Shown here one piece after another: positions 57,991 to 64,000 of a DNA stretch of 64,000 bases (positions are counted from its first letter, which is position 1; each line of letters begins with the position of its first letter). The notes under the pieces are model-generated. The model had not been told where the DNA came from. It worked only from the letters and a program-made list of their open reading frames with translations, and searched no databases. Where the stretch lies: the NCBI GenBank assembly GCA_017993615.1, contig JAGOMJ010000004.1, positions 6,402 to 70,401 on the forward strand. Direction: 5' to 3'. The position numbers and the translations under genes were made by a program. The stretch is from Smithella sp. Its GTDB lineage: Bacteria; Desulfobacterota; Syntrophia; Syntrophales; Smithellaceae.

Positions 57991-57999
57991 CTTTACGCA

Positions 58000-59037
58000 T
58001 CAGGGAAAGAGCGGCGCGATTTGCAGGCCGGTATCTTCCTTAAATCCACACATGATGTTCATATTCTGCACGGCCTGTCCGGCCGCCCCTTTCACCAGAT
58101 TGTCTATGGCCGCCATGATAATGACCCGTTTTGTCCGCGGATCAACAGCCAACCCAATGTCGCAGTAATTTGAGCCGCATACGGACGAAATATTCGGGTA
58201 AACGCCTTCGGGACACATCCGGACAAACGTCTCCCCGGCGTAAAAGCTGCTGTAAAGAGCATGCAGATCGCCCAAAGCAATATCTTTTTTCAGTTTGGCG
58301 TAAATCGTGCTGAGAATGCCCCGTTTTACCGGCAGTAAATGCGGCGTAAAGGAAACGGCAAATTTTTTGCCGGCCAGCGCGTTGAGTTCCTGCTCAATTT
58401 CCGGCAGATGGCGATGCTTTCCGACTTTATAAGCTTTGAAGCCGCCGTCAACTTCACAAAACAGCGAACCGGCAAGCGGTTCCCGTCCCGCGCCGCTGAC
58501 GCCGGAGGCGGAATCCGCGATAATCGTGGAAACATCCAATAATTGCTTTTTCAGCGCCGGAGCCAGCCCCAGAATAATGCCGGTCGGATAACAGCCGGGA
58601 TTAGCCACAAATTTCGTTTTCTTTATTTTCTGCCTGTAAAGCTCCGGAATGCCATACACCGCATTTTTAATAAATTTGGCGCTGGCGTGCTTGCCGTACC
58701 AGACTTCATAAATTTTCAAATCTCTTAAACGGTAATCAGCGCTCAAATCAATCACCGTCTTTCCGGCGTTGATAAATTCCGGAGCCATGTCCATGGACAC
58801 ACCGTGAGGCAGAGCCAGAAACACCACATCGCAAAGCCTGCATATTTCACCCGGTTTTGCGTTCTGATATTTTAACGCGGTCAAACCCTGTAAAGCCGGA
58901 AACACGGTCGATACTTCCTGACCGGCAAACCGCCTTGACGTGGCTGCCACTAATTTAACGTCAGGATGTCCTGACAGAATTCTGATCAGTTCCTGACCCG
59001 TATAACCGCTGGCGCCAAATATTGCTGCCTTAATCAT
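58000..59037 (-). CDS. argC: N-acetyl-gamma-glutamyl-phosphate reductase
   Basis: GASGYTGQEL N-terminus and active-site NPGCYPTG. Confidence 0.95.
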   Translation of the reverse strand: MIKAAIFGASGYTGQELIRILSGHPDVKLVAATSRRFAGQEVSTVFPALQGLTALKYQNAKPGEICRLCDVVFLALPHGVSMDMAPEFINAGKTVIDLSADYRLRDLKIYEVWYGKHASAKFIKNAVYGIPELYRQKIKKTKFVANPGCYPTGIILGLAPALKKQLLDVSTIIADSASGVSGAGREPLAGSLFCEVDGGFKAYKVGKHRHLPEIEQELNALAGKKFAVSFTPHLLPVKRGILSTIYAKLKKDIALGDLHALYSSFYAGETFVRMCPEGVYPNISSVCGSNYCDIGLAVDPRTKRVIIMAAIDNLVKGAAGQAVQNMNIMCGFKEDTGLQIAPLFP

Positions 59038-59048
59038 AAAACGCTCCC

Positions 59049-59075
59049 AAAAAAAAGGGAGGCTGGAAGCCCCCC
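59049..59075 (-). terminator. intrinsic terminator after rpsI
   Basis: On the minus strand: GGGGGGCT-TCC-AGCCTCCC hairpin (8 bp, one G-U) followed by a T8 run. Confidence 0.8.
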
Positions 59076-59084
59076 TGTCGGAAT

Positions 59085-59477
59085 TTAACGTTTGGAGAAT
59101 TGGAATCTCTTCCGGGCTCCGGGCTGCCCGTATTTCTTGCGTTCTTTAACCCGGGCATCTCTGGTTAAAAAACCGGCCTTTTTCAGGACCGATCGCAACT
59201 CGGCATCGTACTCCAGAAGCGCCTTGGAAATGCCGTGCTTCACGGCTCCCGCCTGCCCGGCAACGCCTCCGCCGGTGACGTTGATATATAAATCAAACTG
59301 ATCCTTCTTCCCCGTGATATCGAGAGGCTGCTTGATAAGCATTTTCAGGCTGGGACGGGGGAAATATTCCTCGTAGCTTCTTTTATTAACCACAATATTG
59401 CCGTTGCCTGCTTTCATATAAACGCGGGCGATGGCACTTTTTCTCTTTCCTGTTGCATAAAACCTTTGTTCCGCCAT
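59085..59477 (-). CDS. rpsI: 30S ribosomal protein S9
   Basis: 130 aa. [19 protein letters not shown] and C-terminal [17 protein letters not shown]. Confidence 0.98.
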   Translation of the reverse strand: MAEQRFYATGKRKSAIARVYMKAGNGNIVVNKRSYEEYFPRPSLKMLIKQPLDITGKKDQFDLYINVTGGGVAGQAGAVKHGISKALLEYDAELRSVLKKAGFLTRDARVKERKKYGQPGARKRFQFSKR

Positions 59478-59518
59478 GATTTCTCCAATATTAAATCTAG
59501 TTTATAGTTGATTGTCCG

Positions 59519-59947
59519 TTAAATCGATAATGTTTTCGGACACTGTGCTTCGTGAATATGAGCATTACCGGAATAAACTTTCAATTTTTTAAGCATCCTG
59601 CGTCCGAGATTCGTTTTGGGAAGCATTCCCTGCACGGCGATACGAATCAAATCTTCCGGTTTTTCGGCAAGCATTTTCCCTGCGGTCGTTTCTCTCAACC
59701 CCCCGGGATAGCCGGAATAAGAATAATAAATTTTATCCGTCATTTTCTTGCCGGTCAGAACGATTTTTTCGGCATTGACGACAACAATAAAATCACCGGT
59801 ATCAACATGCGGTGTGTATGTTGCCTTATGCTTGCCTCTTAAACGGTGCGCTATTTCACTGGCAAATCTTCCCAGCACTTTACCGGAAGCATCTGCAATG
59901 TACCATTTTCTGTCGGCTGTCTGCGCCTTAGCCATGTACGTCTTCAT
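59519..59947 (-). CDS. rplM: 50S ribosomal protein L13
   Basis: 142 aa. [23 protein letters not shown] is typical of L13. Confidence 0.98.
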   Translation of the reverse strand: MKTYMAKAQTADRKWYIADASGKVLGRFASEIAHRLRGKHKATYTPHVDTGDFIVVVNAEKIVLTGKKMTDKIYYSYSGYPGGLRETTAGKMLAEKPEDLIRIAVQGMLPKTNLGRRMLKKLKVYSGNAHIHEAQCPKTLSI

Positions 59948-59984
59948 AATAAAATCACCACTTTAATGAAAAATTTAAAGATGC

Positions 59985-60013
59985 ACCTTATGCAATTTCA
60001 AATTGCTTGTCAA
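59985..60013 (-). promoter_or_regulatory. candidate sigma-70 promoter for rplM-rpsI
   Basis: On the minus strand: TTGACA (60008-60013), 17-nt spacer, TAAGGT (59985-59990). Confidence 0.5.
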
Positions 60014-60474
60014 GAAAAATATTTGAACAGTTTGCAATACCGGAAATACATCGGATTTCTTCTTTTTTGACAAATTTTTGATACCTTTAAACCCGAATTT
60101 AAAGAGGCACATTTTTTAGAAACAAATTAACCCCAAAGCGGAACGTCGAACTAATGAACCTTGAATATGACACATTCATCCCGTTAAGATGTGCGCGTTC
60201 CATTATCACCACATAAGAGGGGATATTAAAAATATCAGAGATATGCCGATTCGGATTGTGTCGCGATTGGTCGTTATTATCATAACCACCATCATCGCCA
60301 GTTCATTAATGTTCGATTGTATTGGCTTTTACCCTGAGCATAAACAGAAGCTGTTTCCACCGGGCCCGGTGACACCACTATAGCGATCAACGAAGCAATC
60401 GGCAAAGGATAAACGCTTGGCATTGTTCTACGGGCAATTTTCAAGACGTGCAATCGCTCAATGCGATTTGATTT

Positions 60475-61224
60475 TCAAGGCGAGGGAGTTTTCGCCTGTT
60501 GCGCCAACGCCGTCTTTACGGCCTGACGCGTCAGGAAAAGCATTTCCCGGTATTTTTCCGAAGCACCCAGAGCGTTCGTCGAGGTGCCTGACGTATATTC
60601 CTTGAGAAGCCGCACCTTCGTTTTGGCGAATGTTTCCAGAGTTTTTCGGTCAATGGAATTAACGAATAGCTCTATAATTTTTCGGCGCATGGGGCGTGTT
60701 GAATTGGCCAGCAACAGGAATATCGTATTATTGGCCACCCTGACCACAAGATCCTGCTGTTTTTCCTGAAGCTCAATAACCTTTTCTCGGTCATCAAGAC
60801 TGGCAAGTTCTTCATTGAAAAGCCCTGCGATAGCCTTCACGTCGCGCGGGGAAAATCTGTTAGCCGCCATTTTGAGTATTTCCGGAAAGACAGCCGTCCA
60901 GAATTCCCATATTTCATCAACGAAATAATCATCAACAATCATTTTCTGCTCATTTTCATCTTTCTGAGAAAAGAGGAGACTGAGAAAATCGATGCCGGCA
61001 TGTTGCACATAGTCTTTAACATAGATGCCATCTCCCTGTTTTATATCGAGGACATTCATGGATTCCAACTGTTTTAAGCCGATCCGCAGAGAACTCAAAT
61101 CGACTTTCATCTGTCTGGATATTTCTTTTGCCGAAGGAAGCTTTGTTCCGGGTTTGAGCTTATTATTAAAAATATCCCTCATGAGAATGCGAACAACTTT
61201 CTCCGGAACTTGTTGGTTGGCCAT
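60475..61224 (-). CDS. GntR-family (FadR/FCD-type) transcriptional regulator
   Basis: N-terminal winged HTH (GTKLPSAKEISRQMKVDLSSLRIGLKQLESMNVLDIKQGDGIYV) plus an alpha-helical C-terminal domain. Confidence 0.85.
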   Translation of the reverse strand: MANQQVPEKVVRILMRDIFNNKLKPGTKLPSAKEISRQMKVDLSSLRIGLKQLESMNVLDIKQGDGIYVKDYVQHAGIDFLSLLFSQKDENEQKMIVDDYFVDEIWEFWTAVFPEILKMAANRFSPRDVKAIAGLFNEELASLDDREKVIELQEKQQDLVVRVANNTIFLLLANSTRPMRRKIIELFVNSIDRKTLETFAKTKVRLLKEYTSGTSTNALGASEKYREMLFLTRQAVKTALAQQAKTPSP

Positions 61225-61269
61225 ATACCCTTCCTCCTTTGTTTATAATTTTATACAATTATCAATATC

Positions 61270-61280
61270 TTGTCAAACAA
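61270..61280. promoter_or_regulatory. candidate GntR/FadR-type operator
   Basis: Palindrome TTGT-CAA-ACAA fits the generic FadR-subfamily t.GT.n.AC.a pattern. On the minus strand it overlaps the -35 TTGACA of the regulator's own predicted promoter (TTGACA, 17 nt, TAAAAT). Confidence 0.45.
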
Positions 61281-61313
61281 TAATTCAATTATAATAATTG
61301 ATATATAAAATTC

Positions 61314-61341
61314 TTGACATTTAATAGTAATTTGTTATGCT
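61314..61341 (+). promoter_or_regulatory. candidate sigma-70 promoter for the 61419-64000 operon
   Basis: TTGACA (61314-61319), 16-nt spacer, TATGCT (61336-61341). Confidence 0.5.
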
Positions 61342-61418
61342 GATTTTACTGATGGTGGATACCCCCTCGTTAATTCTTTTATGATTTGTAAAGAAAGGCA
61401 TGAGTTTTTAAGGGAACA

Positions 61419-62210
61419 ATGATTGTAGCAGGATGTGATGTCGGATCTCTTACCGCCAAGGCATTGATCATGAATGAGAAGGGCCGGCTTGCGGGAGAGA
61501 TCACCCGGGTGAGATTGTCTACCCTGGATTCGGCCACGGAAGTAATGGAAAAAGCCTTGGCATCGGCAAAGCTCCGATTTTCCGATCTGGACTACTGCTG
61601 CAGCACAGGCTACGGCCGTTACGAAATTCCTTTCGCCCAGATGAATATGAGCGAGATATCCTGTCACGGATTGGGTGCCTTCCGTGCGGACCGCAGCGTC
61701 AGGACCATTATTGATATCGGAGGACAGGACTGCAAGATTATCCTGATCGATGCGGAAGGCAATGTCCGTGATTTCATCATGAACGACAAATGCGCCGCGG
61801 GCACGGGAAGATCATTGGAAATGCTGGCCAAAACGATCGGCGTCGACCTTGAGACGTTAGGAAGCCTGGCCGTTAAATCGAAGAACCCCATCAGTATTAC
61901 CAACAAATGCAGTATCTTCATGGAACTGGAAGTCCTCAATCATCTCTACGCAAGAAAAAAACTTAAACACATCGCCTGCGGCATTGCCGATGCCGTTGCC
62001 AAACGGGTTGCAGCTCTGGCCAAAGCCATTGACGTCGAGAAAAACATTTGTATCACCGGCGGAGTATCCAAGAATCCCGGCGTGGTGAGACAGTTGGCTT
62101 ATCATATGAACGTTTCATTTACATCGCTTCCTGTTGATCCCCAAATAATCGGCGCAATGGGCGCCGCCGTCTATGCCATGGAAACGTTGAAAGCGAAGGT
62201 GGGCATGTGA
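61419..62210 (+). CDS. BcrAD/BadFG/HgdC-family ATPase (ASKHA fold, [4Fe-4S]-bridging type), subunit 1
   Basis: 263 aa. N-terminal GCDVGS phosphate loop, DIGGQD, and cluster-ligand cysteines in NDKCAAGTG and CSIFMELE. Confidence 0.85.
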   Translation: MIVAGCDVGSLTAKALIMNEKGRLAGEITRVRLSTLDSATEVMEKALASAKLRFSDLDYCCSTGYGRYEIPFAQMNMSEISCHGLGAFRADRSVRTIIDIGGQDCKIILIDAEGNVRDFIMNDKCAAGTGRSLEMLAKTIGVDLETLGSLAVKSKNPISITNKCSIFMELEVLNHLYARKKLKHIACGIADAVAKRVAALAKAIDVEKNICITGGVSKNPGVVRQLAYHMNVSFTSLPVDPQIIGAMGAAVYAMETLKAKVGM

Positions 62211-63022
62211 TTACTGCGGGAGTGGACGTGGGAACTCGATTTATCAAAGTTTGCGTAACCGATGGCGAGCATCTGCGCGGGTCAGCCTGCGCGGAGATAG
62301 GTCCCCGGTTCGATGCCCTTATCCGTTCTTTGTTAAAGGAAGCGCGGGTTCAAGCCCGGGCGGGAAGATGGGAAATAAAAAAAATTGTCGCCACCGGTTT
62401 CGGCGGCCATTTGGTGAAAAAGGCCGCCTTTACATTGGGAGAAGCTGCCTGCGCTGCCCGATCAGCCTTCTTTTTTGACAGGGATATTAGAACCGTTATT
62501 GATCTGGGGGGGCTTTTTATCACGGTTTCTACCATTGATAAAAATGGTTTTCTGGAGACCACTCATGTGAACGAGAGATGCGCCGCCGGAAGCGGCAAGT
62601 TTCTGGAAATGGTCGCTGAGGCGGCAGAGGTACCTTTTACTGAAATTTCTTCCTGCGCCGCCGCTTCCCGCCAACCCTACTCGTCCTCCAGCAGTTGCGC
62701 CGTCTTCGCCGAGAGCGAGATCATTTCGCAGGTCAATACCGGAATGAAACCAAGCGATATTCTGGCCGGCGTTATCCGGGCCATAGCCTCAAAGACCGCT
62801 TCCCTGATCGATGGCGCCGGCGCAAAGGACAAAATCGTTTTGATCGGCGGTCTTTCCAAGGTTTCGGCAGTTAGAGACATGTTAACGGGACTTACCGGCA
62901 GAAGCATGACGACGTTGCCAATAGACAGCCAGTTGGTTGCCGCTTTTGGCGCCGCACTCATTGCTCAGGGCAAGATCATCCGGAAAAGGCAGGGTTTATC
63001 TGTCACAGGAGAAGCCGCCTGA
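62207..63022 (+). CDS. BcrAD/BadFG/HgdC-family ATPase, subunit 2
   Basis: 271 aa. GVDVGT, DLGG, NERCAAGSG and CAVFAESE. GTG start overlaps the upstream stop (GTGA). Confidence 0.8.
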   Translation: MITAGVDVGTRFIKVCVTDGEHLRGSACAEIGPRFDALIRSLLKEARVQARAGRWEIKKIVATGFGGHLVKKAAFTLGEAACAARSAFFFDRDIRTVIDLGGLFITVSTIDKNGFLETTHVNERCAAGSGKFLEMVAEAAEVPFTEISSCAAASRQPYSSSSSCAVFAESEIISQVNTGMKPSDILAGVIRAIASKTASLIDGAGAKDKIVLIGGLSKVSAVRDMLTGLTGRSMTTLPIDSQLVAAFGAALIAQGKIIRKRQGLSVTGEAA

Positions 63023-63768
63023 TGGAATTGACGGATTGCACGCCTTTGATGAAACAGGTCACAGAGATGGTTAGAGATCAACGCAGGGGTTTTTCGCGTC
63101 ATCTTTCCGATCATGGTGAAGAGGCGCGCCGGATCGGCTTTTTATCCAGAGATAAAAAGCCTGACAGGGCCGTGATTGTTACCGCCGAGGACACTGCGCT
63201 TGAATTGGGATCACCGCGACATCCCTCTGTCAGCACGTTTCTTTGGACAAAACAAAAAGATCTGCTGAGCAGAGCGATTTGGACGGCCGGCAGAGATTTC
63301 CCCCAGATCAAAGAAAGCCCCGTCAGTTTTGCGCAGGTGATCATGGTGGAATTAGAAGGTGACTTTGATCCCACGGGTCCTAATATACAAACCCTCTCAA
63401 ATCTGACGAATCGGATTCCGGGATACATGACCCGGAGCATTCCCGGCAAGATATGGATCAGGATCCATCGGGATCTCCTGGCCAGGAAATTTTCCCTCCA
63501 GTCCCTCGGACAGTGTCTTATACAGGCCTATCATGAGTCTATCCCCGGGCTGAAAAACATCGAAGTCGCCCTTATCGCCGATAATGCCGACTTCGTGGGG
63601 CATCTTATTCCGATTCATAACCGCGCCCGCATCATTTATGGCGAAAATAAAAAGCTGGTTCTGGAAGCGGACGGAACCATCAGTTGCGAGGATCTTGACT
63701 GCGAAAATTGCACGGAGAAACCCACCTGCGATACCTTGCGGGATGTTATTGTGAAAAGGAGAACGTGA
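63022..63768 (+). CDS. Cys-rich protein resembling the pre-A-cluster part of acetyl-CoA synthase (ACS/CdhC-like, truncated)
   Basis: 248 aa. Collinear resemblance, from my memory of ACS/CdhC sequences: TALELGSPRHPS, IWTAGRDFPQIKES, VIMVELEG, WIRIHRDLLARKF, IEVALIAD. Ends in CEDLDCENCTEKPTC. Lacks an A-cluster domain. Start overlaps the upstream stop (TGATG). Confidence 0.45.
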   Translation: MELTDCTPLMKQVTEMVRDQRRGFSRHLSDHGEEARRIGFLSRDKKPDRAVIVTAEDTALELGSPRHPSVSTFLWTKQKDLLSRAIWTAGRDFPQIKESPVSFAQVIMVELEGDFDPTGPNIQTLSNLTNRIPGYMTRSIPGKIWIRIHRDLLARKFSLQSLGQCLIQAYHESIPGLKNIEVALIADNADFVGHLIPIHNRARIIYGENKKLVLEADGTISCEDLDCENCTEKPTCDTLRDVIVKRRT

Positions 63769-63770
63769 TC

Positions 63771-64000
63771 ATGAACGAACCGATTATCCTCGCTTTCCTC
63801 GGGAAGGGAGGCGTTGGCAAGACGGTGTTGTCCGCTCTTACGGGAACGATCCTTTCCGCTTGCGGCAAAAAGGTCCTTTTTGTGGATGCCGATCCGGCCA
63901 TGGGATTGACCAGCGCCCTGGAGGTTTCGGACATCAAGACCATCGGCGCCGCGCGGGAGGAAATCATCCGTCAGGCAAGAATTTCCAGTTCTTCTGAAGA
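63771..64000 (+). CDS. CooC/AcsF-type (MinD/ParA-superfamily) metallocentre-maturation ATPase, 3-prime end beyond window
   Basis: MNEPIILAFLGKGGVGKTVLSALTG... has the deviant Walker A GKGGVGKT and VLFVDADP. AGGAG RBS upstream. ORF is open to the window end. Confidence 0.7.
   Translation, partial: MNEPIILAFLGKGGVGKTVLSALTGTILSACGKKVLFVDADPAMGLTSALEVSDIKTIGAAREEIIRQARISSSSE

Noticed and set aside
60189-60383. Small ORF in the 527-nt rplM / GntR gap. The internal ATG at 60243 would give a 46-aa single-TM peptide, MPIRIVSRLVVIIITTIIASSLMF...
   Set aside because: No convincing RBS or promoter, and no recognisable family. The gap may hold an unannotated small protein or RNA, but the sequence alone does not support a call.
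1-64000. Screen for CRISPR arrays, transposases/IS ends, integrases, phage genes, toxin-antitoxin pairs, reverse transcriptases, rRNA/tRNA genes and long exact repeats
   Set aside because: None seen by eye in the ORF track or sequence. I did not compute GC skew, k-mer statistics or covariance models, so small or degenerate elements could have been missed.

Overview
The window reads as a 64-kb chromosomal segment from a Gram-negative anaerobe. Tol-Pal, Mla, pyruvoyl arginine decarboxylase, a rubrerythrin-like protein, BcrAD/HgdC-type ATPases and a CooC-type ATPase fit a Desulfobacterota-like organism, but that taxonomic call is inference only. I support about 58 protein genes. I found no rRNA, tRNA, CRISPR array, transposase, integrase or prophage signature.

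Main blocks, in order:
- 1-5137: partial sigma-54 activator, an AT-rich membrane protein, and a ferritin-like / corA / cdaA-ybbR-fusion operon on the minus strand.
- 5581-12646: a complete trpEGDCFBA operon preceded by a promoter, a 24-codon leader ORF with three consecutive Trp codons, and a terminator hairpin.
- 12738-15124: an EptA-like transferase plus a YkgJ-type Cys-rich protein.
- 15189-27691: an acyl-CoA/lipid block (NUDIX, CoA-transferase, FadD-like ligase, two SCP2 proteins, secreted lipase-like hydrolase, domain-permuted ADP-forming acyl-CoA synthetase, MBL hydrolase, P-loop kinase).
- 27718-37018: a 9.3-kb same-strand envelope-lipid cluster, mlaE, mlaF, mlaD, mlaC, mlaA, a beta-barrel OMP gene, then a MacB/YbbAP-like ABC ATPase, double-FtsX permease and HlyD adaptor.
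- 37097-64000: housekeeping genes (pdaD, NlpC/P60, truA, CDF, epmB-efp-epmA, tolQRAB-pal-cpoB, ctp, cysS, argC, rpsI, rplM).

Most interesting, in my judgement:
1. 60475-64000: a GntR-controlled, tightly coupled module of two BcrAD/HgdC-type ATPases, a truncated acetyl-CoA-synthase-like Cys-rich protein and a CooC-type ATPase. It runs off the window end.
2. An MlaF ATPase fused to a degenerate GGDEF domain, in an mla cluster with no MlaB gene.
3. The trp leader-peptide attenuator with duplicated, interchangeable hairpin arms.

Everything rests on reading the sequence and recalled family motifs. No searches, RNA folding or composition statistics were run.
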